Notes: a model not told the origin generated them from the sequence alone. Shown: positions 45,550 to 54,540, counted from the stretch's first letter. The stretch is 64,000 nucleotides of DNA from Candidatus Kaiserbacteria bacterium (GCA_016186695.1 JACPLC010000001.1:174706-238705); one strand, 5' to 3'. Made by a program: numbers and translations.

Positions 45550-48500
45550 ATGCCCTCCTCTCGTGTTGCGGCAGGAGTTTTCCTGTTAGCTCCTCTTTTT
45601 TTGGCAGCGGTGCTCGTGCCGCTCCTTGCAGATGCTGCAGGCGATGTGTGTGATACGGCAAGCGAAGCGGCAAAGGGGAAGGTGACTAACGACTGCATCG
45701 CATGCATTACGGTCGTCGAGAACGGCCAACAAGTAAAGAAAGAAGTCGGTGCGATATGCAAAGTAACAGGCGGCGGTGATAAAACTGCCGCGAATTGTGT
45801 GCCCGGCACCAGCCCCACAAATCCTCCTCCCGGTACATGCAAGACGAAATATTGCGTCGGCACAAAATGTTTCGACGCAAATCTGACGACAAAGCCGACG
45901 GAAGGAAGCTGGATTCCGCAGAACACCTCGGACCTCTCGAAGCTCCACAACGACCTTTCGTGGGGAGGCGTGTCGGTGTCGCCGATTTCCTCTGATCAGA
46001 GTCCCATACCGGACAAGTCTTTCTTCGATTCCGCTCAATATTCTGGGTCGGATTTCCAAGGAGCAGACCCATTCAGTCAACCAGACGCGACATCGAAGTA
46101 TTTGCAAGATCTACAAGATCAAGTGGATCGGGCGCAGGCGAACACGCCGAATCCTTCACTCAATCAACCCGCGGAGCCGACAAATTATATTCAGGAAGCT
46201 CTCAGGCGACTGGGTGTCTCGTTTCCGGGCTTGGATGAGCAAGCTGCACAGCTCGAAGCGGTGAGCGATAAGAGTCAGCTGGAGCAGATGGCCAAGCAGC
46301 AGCCGGTTCCTACGCAGAGTACAGGCTTCACTGCATCGGAGATTGACACCAAGCCTCCTGCCGAGCCGGCATGGTTTGATTCTGCCCGCAGATGGATTGC
46401 TCAGCAATTGGGAATCGGGGCTGAGGCTGCAGTACCTAGATTGGTGCCAGACGGGAAAGGGGGTTACCGTCTAGCCCCCGGAACTAACTTTTCAGAAGCG
46501 GATAAAAATCCTCCCCGCTCTAGTGCGAATCAAATCCAAGGATTGGACGGCCCCGCCGTTTACAAGTCTACACATTATAAGAACCCCTCGGGTCTCACTG
46601 GTTCGGGAGCGAAATTTGATGATATTACAATAGCTTGCAATGCGTGTCCCATGGGAACGTCGGGCCAACTTGATTTTCTTGATAAAAGTGGAAATGTCGT
46701 CTACAGCAAACAAATGGTTGTGAAAGAGTGGGGTGACCTTCAGCCAGGAGTCGGAATTGATATTAATACACAAACTGTCCGCGATGCTCAAGCGAAAACG
46801 GGCATTCCTTTTTTGCAGGAAGGTGTCACAGGAACTACACACAGCGGAGGAGTGCGGTTCACACCCGAGGCCGTTTTTCAAGGACGAATTCCCGGTGATG
46901 GGTGGTATGCGGATCGTGCAGCCGTTCAAGTTGCAGAGCAGTACGCGAATGCGCGGAATGCGGGCTATTCTCCCGCTGAAGCCATATCGCAATTGACCAG
47001 TGGACAGGTCACCTACAAGTCGGCGTATGTTTTTGGCAGTGAAGTCCCTTCGCCATTTACGCTCGCGTCTGCAGCACCGGCGCCAAGCGACAGCTATGCG
47101 CCATCGTGGATCGCTTCGACGCCTGGCTTTATTGCTGCGAACACGGCCGGCTCACCAGATGTATCTCCGTTCTCTGCAACGTATGACATCACATCGTACG
47201 GTCCAGCCGCACCGCCTGCCAGCGAAAGTTATCTGCCATCGTGGATAGCGTCGATACCGGGGTTTGATAGCGGCGTCCCTTCTTACGTCACTCCTTTTTC
47301 GCCTAGTGCAGACATCGCCGAGTACGAACTATCGCCCGAATATTTCGGTCCGAGTGGAGCAGAAAACATTAGCGTAGTGTTGCCTGATCAATTTCCTGAC
47401 AGTTTGATGCACGGCGACACTGCTGAAGCGATGCGTCTGATCGAGGAAGGAGCTTTAGGAAAGTTGCCCGAGCCACAGATTGTTGCTCAATTGTCGGGTG
47501 GAACCACGCGGGGCATCGGCCTTTTGAGGTCAGATGCTTCAGGACTTCCTGCGAATTTCGATTCGTCCGCCTTTGATTCCGGAGTTTCTCTTACCCAGGA
47601 GGAAGTTCAGACGGCACTGGACACAGCTGAAGCCACGCGGCTTGCCGAGAGCGACGCGCTCGCTTCAGGGTTTCCAGGTCTTACTCCCCTTACTCCGCAG
47701 GAGATTTCGGATGCTTACGAACGGTATGGCAAAGAACAGGCGCGACTTGCTCTCGAAGGCTACAAGGCTCAAGACCTAGCACTCGATACTGGAAGCGGGA
47801 TAAGCTATCCGATAGATTGGGACAAACTCGCGTTCACCGACAGTGGATTCGACAAGCCGCAGGATTTTGCAGGCATAACGGCAGATGAATCCCAGCGTAC
47901 GACCCGCGATCTCGCAAATTTCACTATTGATGAGTCACAACGAACAGCTCCGTCAACACCATATGATGTCGCCGGAGTGAATGCCGATGAGTTTCAACGA
48001 ACGTCGCAGGATCTCGCGGCTATCACAGAAGACGAGTCTCAGCGAACAGCGCGGCAGGAACCAGACCTGCGAGGGATTACGGAGGATGAATCTCAACGAA
48101 CTGCTCCCCAAGAATCAAAGGTTGCCGATTTAACTAAGTGCGCAAGCGAGTCGTGTGTCGGGGGAGAGATAATAGGAGACGAAAGAAGTGTTCCTCTGAC
48201 AGATGAGCAGTTAGCCGCGAAGGTCGCGGCAGAGGAGGAACGAATTTTTAATGAAGAGCAAGCGCGACTCGCGCAGATCGTCGAGAAGGCACAAAAGGCA
48301 GGGGACGACGTTAAGGCGGCGGCGGAGAAAGTAAAAGCTGCAGGCAAAGATTTTCTTGCCGGAGGAAGCCCCCAAGGTTTAATTGATGCTGGAAATGAGC
48401 TTAAAGCGAAAGTGGCAGAATATGAGAAGGCGTACAAGGAACTGAAATCCTCGGGAGTACTCTCAAGCAGCGAACTAAAAAAAATTGATGCTGATCGAGC

Positions 48501-50268
48501 GTTAGTTCAGAACGACCTCAATGAAATCTCTACGTGGAAAGGGCGTCTTGAAACGGCTGTCAACGTAGCGAGTAAAGTATCAATTGCGGGGGACAGATTC
48601 GGCTCGACATTTGGAAATCCCGAGTTGGGTCGCCAAGCCTACGAGCAGGCGGTGGAGACTGTCAGACAAAACCTCAGGAAACCCGAAAATCAGGCGCAGA
48701 TCAATTCTGCAACTGAAAGAATCATGGGACCCGTAGGTCGATTGGCGGCGATTCCTTCGTACGAACCTAAGTCCTACGTCCCTCCGCCCTCGTCGGAACT
48801 TCAATTGGCTGCAAACCCCGGTGGCCCGACATTCGTGTTTACGGATCCGTACGAATCGACTTCCGACAGTCCACCACTCGACTTTTCTTCCGGAGCGGTT
48901 GCCCAAGAGACGCCTATTCCGCCGCTAAGTCTTGATTATGACGATTACGGATTGGCCGAAATCCGACAATACCAGGCCGAGCAAGCGGCATCCCAGTACG
49001 ATTCCTATGGCGACGAGGCAATTCGACAGTACTACGCCGAACAAATCAGAGAAAATCAGGAGGCCTACGTAGCATTCAGCAAAGTAGAGTTTCCCAAGAC
49101 TTGGCCGTATCCGATAAGCGAGATGCCCGACTACTTTGCGGAAAGTGGCCGCCCCACACCAGCGTTGTCCTTGCTCGACCAGTATGCAGAGGGTGGCGCG
49201 CCGGACTTGGCGCAGATCGCGCGCGACGCAGGGCTGGCACAGGAAGACTTGAGAGACTCAAGCTCTGGCCTGCTTTACCCTCCGGCTGAGAGTTCGGAAG
49301 AAAGAAAATGGCCGGTTCTCGTGTACACCGATCCAGACGCTGAATATAACGTAGCCGCGCAGAAAGCTGGGGAAGAACGTGCGATAGCTCTGGCGGACGC
49401 AGAAGAGAAATCCGCGTTCGATAGGTGGTACGAGAACCTTGTCTTGGATGGCAAATATGATCCGAGTCCATACGAAGTGCCGGCGGGAGCAGTCTCGCTT
49501 CCGGAGGAGATTTGGGATCGAGTAGCCCTCAATCGACCTTCGTCAGATCATGAGTCGGATGAACCATATCGACCCTCTTCCGAACCTGGGCGGGATGCGC
49601 CGAGCCCAGAATTTCTTAGGCAACAGGAACAAATTGCACTCGGCCTCAACCCATCTGAAGGATTCCAAAGGGGAGGTCTCGAGCCTGGCATTACTCCTAC
49701 CAAAGTTGTGCCTGAATTAGTATCGCGGCAAGTTCCAGAAAACATAGAATCGACGCAAGCCGATGGAACGCCAAAATCCCCTCTGTCGTTGGCTGCAGCG
49801 CAACCCTCGACAGCACCAACCAGATCTGCCGACGCGAAGCCTGTGGAGGCGCGCGCTCCGCTGCCGATCGAGGTCCCTACCGTTGGCGATGCGAAGACTC
49901 CATATGACTTGTGGGGGAAAGATCTGCCCTCCAAGGAAATTAGAAGCAAGTTGTACAACCAGCTTGCGGAGGAGGGATTTGTCAACGTCGAGCGCTACAC
50001 AGGAACGGGCGACCAGAACCGCGCTTTAATAGACGGCCTGAAAGAAAGACAGCAAGCGACTGCCGTTCCGAATCCCTATGCGCGCGCTCAGAAAGTCTAT
50101 TCGGAAGGAGATTCGATCGTTGACTTCTTGAGCGCAGGCAACATGAAGAGTGATTTTGGGAGCCGAAGATCGTTGTTCGACAGCGTGGTTGGCTACGGTA
50201 CGTATACCGGCACGGCGTCACAAAACCAAGCGCTTCTTGAACTCTTACGCAAGAGAGGAGATCAGTAA
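45550..50268 (+). CDS. Giant (1572 aa) secreted protein, hypothetical: N-terminal Cys-rich module, internal (D/E)ESQRT x5 repeats, coiled-coil segment, C-terminal tandem YTGTxxQNxAL motifs
   Basis: Signal peptide MPSSRVAAGVFLLAPLFLAAVLVPLLADA. Ten Cys in the first 90 mature residues. SYxPSWIASxPGF appears twice. ADESQRT, IDESQRT, ADEFQRT, EDESQRT and EDESQRT lie at about 47880..48110. The coiled-coil AAKVAAEEERIFNEEQARLAQIVEKAQKAG lies at about 48230..48330. The C-terminus carries YTGTGDQNRALIDGLKERQ and YTGTASQNQALLELLRKRG. GC is about 46-53% against about 60% for core genes. Confidence 0.75.
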   Translation: MPSSRVAAGVFLLAPLFLAAVLVPLLADAAGDVCDTASEAAKGKVTNDCIACITVVENGQQVKKEVGAICKVTGGGDKTAANCVPGTSPTNPPPGTCKTKYCVGTKCFDANLTTKPTEGSWIPQNTSDLSKLHNDLSWGGVSVSPISSDQSPIPDKSFFDSAQYSGSDFQGADPFSQPDATSKYLQDLQDQVDRAQANTPNPSLNQPAEPTNYIQEALRRLGVSFPGLDEQAAQLEAVSDKSQLEQMAKQQPVPTQSTGFTASEIDTKPPAEPAWFDSARRWIAQQLGIGAEAAVPRLVPDGKGGYRLAPGTNFSEADKNPPRSSANQIQGLDGPAVYKSTHYKNPSGLTGSGAKFDDITIACNACPMGTSGQLDFLDKSGNVVYSKQMVVKEWGDLQPGVGIDINTQTVRDAQAKTGIPFLQEGVTGTTHSGGVRFTPEAVFQGRIPGDGWYADRAAVQVAEQYANARNAGYSPAEAISQLTSGQVTYKSAYVFGSEVPSPFTLASAAPAPSDSYAPSWIASTPGFIAANTAGSPDVSPFSATYDITSYGPAAPPASESYLPSWIASIPGFDSGVPSYVTPFSPSADIAEYELSPEYFGPSGAENISVVLPDQFPDSLMHGDTAEAMRLIEEGALGKLPEPQIVAQLSGGTTRGIGLLRSDASGLPANFDSSAFDSGVSLTQEEVQTALDTAEATRLAESDALASGFPGLTPLTPQEISDAYERYGKEQARLALEGYKAQDLALDTGSGISYPIDWDKLAFTDSGFDKPQDFAGITADESQRTTRDLANFTIDESQRTAPSTPYDVAGVNADEFQRTSQDLAAITEDESQRTARQEPDLRGITEDESQRTAPQESKVADLTKCASESCVGGEIIGDERSVPLTDEQLAAKVAAEEERIFNEEQARLAQIVEKAQKAGDDVKAAAEKVKAAGKDFLAGGSPQGLIDAGNELKAKVAEYEKAYKELKSSGVLSSSELKKIDADRALVQNDLNEISTWKGRLETAVNVASKVSIAGDRFGSTFGNPELGRQAYEQAVETVRQNLRKPENQAQINSATERIMGPVGRLAAIPSYEPKSYVPPPSSELQLAANPGGPTFVFTDPYESTSDSPPLDFSSGAVAQETPIPPLSLDYDDYGLAEIRQYQAEQAASQYDSYGDEAIRQYYAEQIRENQEAYVAFSKVEFPKTWPYPISEMPDYFAESGRPTPALSLLDQYAEGGAPDLAQIARDAGLAQEDLRDSSSGLLYPPAESSEERKWPVLVYTDPDAEYNVAAQKAGEERAIALADAEEKSAFDRWYENLVLDGKYDPSPYEVPAGAVSLPEEIWDRVALNRPSSDHESDEPYRPSSEPGRDAPSPEFLRQQEQIALGLNPSEGFQRGGLEPGITPTKVVPELVSRQVPENIESTQADGTPKSPLSLAAAQPSTAPTRSADAKPVEARAPLPIEVPTVGDAKTPYDLWGKDLPSKEIRSKLYNQLAEEGFVNVERYTGTGDQNRALIDGLKERQQATAVPNPYARAQKVYSEGDSIVDFLSAGNMKSDFGSRRSLFDSVVGYGTYTGTASQNQALLELLRKRGDQ

Positions 50269-50317
50269 AATCGCTGCGAGTGGGCCGAGGGGTGCTATAC
50301 CCCGTGAGGTGACGCGG

Positions 50318-50335
50318 GCTATCTCATGGGTTATA
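50318..50335. repeat. Direct repeat copy B (gctatctcatgggttata)
   Basis: See 45331..45348. It lies 11 bp upstream of the lemA start codon. Confidence 0.8.
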
Positions 50336-50345
50336 CTGGCTGTCT

Positions 50346-50909
50346 ATGACGACGACAGGGTGGATTATTTTTGGGATCGTGGCGGTGGGTGTGCTCTGGG
50401 TCATCTGGGCATACAATCGTTTCGTACAGCTTACCAATCGCTCGGAGGAGGCATGGTCTGACATCGACGTGCAGCTGAAGCGCCGCTACGACCTCATTCC
50501 AAATATCGTCGAGACGGTGAAAGGCTACATGCAGCACGAGGCGGGAACGCTCCAGAAGGTGACTGATGCCCGCACAAAGGCAATGGGTGCGCAGAGTGTC
50601 GGCGAGCACGCAGCCGCCGAGAACATGCTCACGGGTGCGCTGAAGACCCTGTTTGCGGTCGCAGAAAATTATCCCAACCTGAAGGCGAACGAGAACTTCG
50701 TAGAGCTCCAGCGAGAGCTTTCGGATACCGAGAACAAAATTCAGGCGGCACGTCGCTTCTACAACAGCGTCGTGATTGATCTGCAAAACGCACTCGAACA
50801 ATTTCCCACGAATCTCATCGGCAATACGTTTGGCTTCAAGACGCGCGAATTCTTCCAGCTCGAGGCAGGGGAGGAGGCTGCGCGCCAGCCGGTCAAGGTT
50901 AGTTTCTAG
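50346..50909 (+). CDS. lemA: LemA family membrane protein
   Basis: N-terminal TM GWIIFGIVAVGVLWVIWAYNRF, then the LemA helical signature (WSDIDVQLKRRYDLIPNIVETVKGYMQHE). Confidence 0.8.
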   Translation: MTTTGWIIFGIVAVGVLWVIWAYNRFVQLTNRSEEAWSDIDVQLKRRYDLIPNIVETVKGYMQHEAGTLQKVTDARTKAMGAQSVGEHAAAENMLTGALKTLFAVAENYPNLKANENFVELQRELSDTENKIQAARRFYNSVVIDLQNALEQFPTNLIGNTFGFKTREFFQLEAGEEAARQPVKVSF

Positions 50910-51501
50910 TAAGTCTCTTCGGGAGCGGGGGTGGATCAGCGTAGAACGTGTGTTTGCCAACCTCGCCCACGCGGACCAATGAGCGGAACATTGCTTTCGT
51001 CTTTTCACTCATGTGCGGATGAGGAGTCATCGCAAACTCATCCCAATCGGTGCGCTTATAGTAGTACGTACGTATCGGGATGCCAGTCAGCTTCGAAAAT
51101 TCTTGCACTACGTACGCAGGATCTTTTCCCTTAATGCGGCGGGCAAATATTGCCTTGAGTTCCGCGAGATCGTGCAACTCTTTTTGTGTGAGCGGAGGTG
51201 GCTCCTTAGTCCAAGAGAACTGATTCTTTGCAAACACCACTGCCGGAATTGTTGAACCGAATCGCTTCGAGAGAAGGCGCGCGAGCGTTACTTGGGCAAC
51301 CGCGAGCTGCCCTTTGGGCGATTCGCTGCGAGCCTCATAAAAAACATTCTCAGCGAGTACGTCGGTATCGAGAAAGGAGAGGTTTTCAGATTGCGCCTGC
51401 GGGGCCGATAGCGATCTGATGCTGATAGATTGTGCCGCTCCCTCACTTGGGGCGGCGCTCAGCGCTGCCGCTGTAAGCGCGATGCGCGCTCCTTTTTTCA
51501 T
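50899..51501 (-). CDS. SleB-family cell-wall hydrolase (Hydrolase_2 domain), secreted
   Basis: The ORF track gives a 400-aa ORF, 50899..52101, whose first 200 aa run antisense to htpX. Start reassigned to Met201 at 51501 (MKKGARIALTAAALSAAPSEGAAQS, a signal peptide). The domain reads ENVFYEARSESPKGQLAVAQVTLARL...GSTIPAVVFAKNQFSWT, the SleB/CwlJ pattern. Confidence 0.65.
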   Translation of the reverse strand: MKKGARIALTAAALSAAPSEGAAQSISIRSLSAPQAQSENLSFLDTDVLAENVFYEARSESPKGQLAVAQVTLARLLSKRFGSTIPAVVFAKNQFSWTKEPPPLTQKELHDLAELKAIFARRIKGKDPAYVVQEFSKLTGIPIRTYYYKRTDWDEFAMTPHPHMSEKTKAMFRSLVRVGEVGKHTFYADPPPLPKRLTRN

Positions 51502-51630
51502 GTCTTCTGCTGTCGGCGGTTTTCCGGATGAGGTCTCGTCAGTGACGAATGCCTTGGCAAGGTCTTTGAGATTCTTCGGACGCTCCGGCTCCATTCTCAT
51601 TTCCACTCGTCCAGTATACCGCGTTGCTTC

Positions 51631-52563
51631 ATGCTGGATTCCGATACTCCTTTCCAGTATCATTGCTTGCCTATGGCTTCTCTCTACACGGAACAAGGAA
51701 AAAACATCCGCCGCACGTGGCTTTTGATGACAGTTTTTCTCGTCATGATCATTGCGATCGGCTACTTCATCGGCTGGTATCTGAATGACCCCTCGATTCT
51801 CTACATCGCTATCGTCTTCTCGCTCTTTATGAATGTCACCGCCTACTGGTTCTCCGACAAGGTAGCGCTTGCCGCGACGGGCGCGAAGGAAGCCGACGAG
51901 CGGCAATATCGCGAGCTGCATCGCGTTCTCGAAAACCTTGCGATTACCGCGGGCCTCCCGAAGCCGCGACTCTACGTGATAGACGATCCTGCACCAAATG
52001 CATTTGCTGCCGGAAGAAATCCGAAGCACGCGGTTGTTGCGGTGACCACCGGCCTTCTTTCGCAGCTCGAACGTTCGGAATTGGAAGGGGTCATCGCGCA
52101 TGAACTCTCACACGTCGGGAATCGCGACATCTTGGTAATGACGGTCGCGGTTGTGCTTGCGGGATTCATCGCGATCATCGCTGACATCTTTCTGCGGGTG
52201 AGCTTCTTCGGGGGCAATAATCGCGAGGGGAGAAATCCGATTCTTGCAATAGCGGGAATTGTTGCCATCATTCTTGCGCCGTTTGCTGCACAGCTCATCC
52301 AGCTTGCAGTCTCACGCAAACGTGAGTTTTTGGCGGATGCTTCCGGCGCGCTCCTCACACGCTATCCCGACGCACTCGCTTCTGCGCTTCAGAAGATAAG
52401 TTCGTACCAAGCGCCGATGCGCCGTGCGAACCATGCGACCGCGCACCTCTTCATCTCAAACCCCTTTGGTGCACACGAAGCAGGAAAATTCATCGCAAGA
52501 ATTTTCTCGACTCACCCGCCGGTAGAGGAACGCATCGCCGCGCTCACGCAGATGCGAGTCTAG
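51631..52563 (+). CDS. htpX: Zinc metalloprotease HtpX (peptidase M48)
   Basis: Four TM helices. VIAHELSHVGNRD (HExxH) with a downstream E. C-terminal FSTHPPVEERIAAL is typical of HtpX. The true start may be Met 51673. Confidence 0.8.
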   Translation: MLDSDTPFQYHCLPMASLYTEQGKNIRRTWLLMTVFLVMIIAIGYFIGWYLNDPSILYIAIVFSLFMNVTAYWFSDKVALAATGAKEADERQYRELHRVLENLAITAGLPKPRLYVIDDPAPNAFAAGRNPKHAVVAVTTGLLSQLERSELEGVIAHELSHVGNRDILVMTVAVVLAGFIAIIADIFLRVSFFGGNNREGRNPILAIAGIVAIILAPFAAQLIQLAVSRKREFLADASGALLTRYPDALASALQKISSYQAPMRRANHATAHLFISNPFGAHEAGKFIARIFSTHPPVEERIAALTQMRV

Positions 52564-52599
52564 TTTTTTTGGAACCGATGTCTATGCGATATGTTCAAT

Positions 52600-52617
52600 A
52601 TGGCGATATATCGCCAT
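52600..52617. promoter_or_regulatory. Perfect 18-bp palindrome ATGGCGATATATCGCCAT (candidate operator), just downstream of the yerC-like stop
   Basis: Read directly; it is its own reverse complement. A near-identical copy is at 53041..53058. Confidence 0.5.
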
Positions 52618-52623
52618 GTCGAG

Positions 52624-53070
52624 TTAGCTAGGCTTCCGCCCTGTGCGCAACATATCGAGTCGTTTCTGATGTCTCGGGCCAGCTCTCGATGGAAGTCCTG
52701 CGGAGAGGAAGAGTTCAAGATAGTCCAGAAGAGAAAGATTCCTATTAAAGATACGGCAAAGAGGATCAAAGTGACCCGCGAGGAGTCTTCTATGAAGTCT
52801 TCGTACTGTTGACCGACTCACGTTTAGTGTTTGCTCGATGCGGTAGTACGACTCGTCCTTGTCCAGCATCAAGATAACTGCTAGCCGCTTTGCGAGCATG
52901 ATGCGCTCGGTTGACGTCAGGATTGAATATATTCGAGCCTTTCCACGAGTGGCGCTTGTGGAGAAGAGTGATCGCATGAAAGCTTCGACTATTTTTCGCT
53001 CAACACTCTGCGGAATCTTATATTTGGAAACATGGGTCATATGACGATATATCGCCATAGTACCATACAT
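52624..53070 (-). CDS. TrpR-like DNA-binding protein, YerC/YecD family
   Basis: ERIMLAKRLAVILMLDKDESYYRIEQTLNVSRSTVRRL matches the Trp-repressor-like HTH of YerC/YecD proteins. 148 aa. The N-terminus MYGTMAIYRHM is encoded by the palindrome. Confidence 0.55.
   Translation of the reverse strand: MYGTMAIYRHMTHVSKYKIPQSVERKIVEAFMRSLFSTSATRGKARIYSILTSTERIMLAKRLAVILMLDKDESYYRIEQTLNVSRSTVRRLHRRLLAGHFDPLCRIFNRNLSLLDYLELFLSAGLPSRAGPRHQKRLDMLRTGRKPS
53041..53058. promoter_or_regulatory. Near-perfect 18-bp palindrome ATGACGATATATCGCCAT (candidate operator) overlapping the yerC-like start codon
   Basis: 17 of 18 identical to 52600..52617. It overlaps the start region of the regulator gene on the minus strand. 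Confidence 0.5.
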
Positions 53071-53112
53071 TCATTGAGCAAAGGGGTGAATCTCTATATA
53101 CTCTTTATGTAC

Positions 53113-53197
53113 GGAGGGTTCGCATAGTGGTCTAGTGCGCCGCTTTGGAGAAGCGGTGTGCCGCAAGGCACCGAGAGTTCGAATCTCTCACCCTCCG
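53113..53197 (+). tRNA. tRNA-Ser (anticodon GGA), long variable arm
   Basis: GGAGGGT acceptor stem pairs with ACCCTCC, followed by discriminator G. D-loop AGTGGTCTAGT. Anticodon stem-loop CCGCT-TTGGAGA-AGCGG gives anticodon GGA. A 16-nt variable arm (TGTGCCGCAAGGCACC) and T-arm GAGAGTTCGAATCTCTC. No encoded CCA. The ORF track reports spurious ORFs 53135..53491 and 53145..53474 over it. Confidence 0.8.
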
Positions 53198-53204
53198 CCC
53201 CGAT

Positions 53205-53474
53205 ATGGAAGAACAGATTCAAAATCTAGAAAAAGAAATTGCTGCGCTCAAGGAGCGCAATCGGCGCGTGGAGGGAGACAAGGCGTGGGAGACGAGCTAC
53301 TTCAGGGTGAGCGTGGTAGCTATCATTGTCTACATCGTTGTTGCAATTTTCCTGTATGTCATTGGTGTGCAAAACTTTCTCCTTGCCGCACTCGTGCCAC
53401 CGGTCGGTTATTTTCTCTCAACGCGTTCGCTGCCGGCGATCAAGCGCTGGTGGATAAAAACTTTTTTGCAGTAG
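53205..53474 (+). CDS. Small membrane protein (coiled-coil N-terminus plus two TM helices), hypothetical
   Basis: In-frame internal Met of ORF 53145..53474, chosen to lie just past the tRNA. MEEQIQNLEKEIAALKERNRRVEGDKAW then VSVVAIIVYIVVAIFLYVIGV and LLAALVPPVGYFL. Confidence 0.4.
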   Translation: MEEQIQNLEKEIAALKERNRRVEGDKAWETSYFRVSVVAIIVYIVVAIFLYVIGVQNFLLAALVPPVGYFLSTRSLPAIKRWWIKTFLQ

Positions 53475-53483
53475 TTTCCGTCA

Positions 53484-54461
53484 TCAGTTGACGCCCATTT
53501 TTCTCTTTTTGAGGACAAAGACAATGCTGTCATCGACGGTTCCGAGCGGAAGATCAGTCTTCCATTTGAGGGGTTCTTTCGCGCCGGCTGGCGTATAGGT
53601 AATCGTTCCAGTCTCGTCGTTCATCGTTCCGCCGTTTTCCGTTGCTTCTTTGAGAAGCGCTTTATAATTGTCGAGCACCTGCTGCGTTTTTTCGCCCGTC
53701 GGTTTGTTTGCCGCATTGAGCGCATCGATTGCCTCCCGATAGGTAACCATCGTGCCGCCAGGAGGTAGCTTCTCCGAGGCGGCTTTGAACTCCGCATCCG
53801 TCTTTACTGCGTGTTCCCAGTAATCCTCACGCCGGCTTTTTTCGACCTGCGCTGCGGGCGCGCCTTTCTGGAGCGTGCCTATCGCTCTGAAATCGCCCGA
53901 ATTTTCAAGGATCTCTTTGGCCATCGGGCCCCGGCAAAGCAGAAGGCCCCCCGCTGCGATGTTTCTGCAGAATTTCCATGTTGCTTCCGCACTCTCGTCG
54001 TAGAAAGCGAACATGACGTCTACACGATCGTCCATGAGGTGCGTCTCCGGATCACACTTCTTGGTCGGCACGCCGAGTTTCTCCATTGCGTCGGCTTCCG
54101 CTTGTGTCTCGACGAGTCCGAAGATATCCGCGTTCTTGAAGACGAACTGCGCCTCCACGTGTCGCCCCGGATTCACCACAGCCATCCTTGGTTGCTCCCC
54201 GAATTGCGCGAGCTCGCGCTTGTATTGGACACGAAAATCGTCGAGCAGTTTTACATTGCTCTTGAATATATTGAGATGCGGACCGCTGCCGAGTTTGCGA
54301 ACTGTATCGGGAATAGTTCCAAACTGTTTTTCGAATTCCTGTGTATCTTTATCTAAGTTGTCATTTACGGCATCACGCTCGAATTTCTTGTTGTCGTTCG
54401 CGATTTTGAACTGCGGCTCCGATGCAATGTGAATTTTTTGTTTCCGAAGCGGATCTGCCAT
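53484..54461 (-). CDS. Hypothetical soluble protein (325 aa), no recognised family
   Basis: Long ORF with coding-like composition. Start moved to MADPLRKQK (54461); the track starts at 54497. Lys/Glu-rich, no TM, no motif recognised. Confidence 0.5.
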   Translation of the reverse strand: MADPLRKQKIHIASEPQFKIANDNKKFERDAVNDNLDKDTQEFEKQFGTIPDTVRKLGSGPHLNIFKSNVKLLDDFRVQYKRELAQFGEQPRMAVVNPGRHVEAQFVFKNADIFGLVETQAEADAMEKLGVPTKKCDPETHLMDDRVDVMFAFYDESAEATWKFCRNIAAGGLLLCRGPMAKEILENSGDFRAIGTLQKGAPAAQVEKSRREDYWEHAVKTDAEFKAASEKLPPGGTMVTYREAIDALNAANKPTGEKTQQVLDNYKALLKEATENGGTMNDETGTITYTPAGAKEPLKWKTDLPLGTVDDSIVFVLKKRKMGVN

Positions 54462-54540
54462 GCATAAATTATAGCAGAGAGAAATTTGCATGTGCACAAG
54501 GCCCGCTGGACGGGTCTAATCACTCAGATACCATGTATAC

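Noticed and set aside
51502-52101. N-terminal 200 aa of the tracked 400-aa minus ORF
   Set aside because: It runs antisense to htpX (HExxH, four TM helices). A signal-peptide Met at 51501 gives a complete SleB-type protein.
53135-53491. Two overlapping + ORFs (118 aa and 109 aa) beginning inside the tRNA-Ser gene
   Set aside because: Their 5' parts are the tRNA itself. Only the portion from Met 53205 might be a real small membrane protein.
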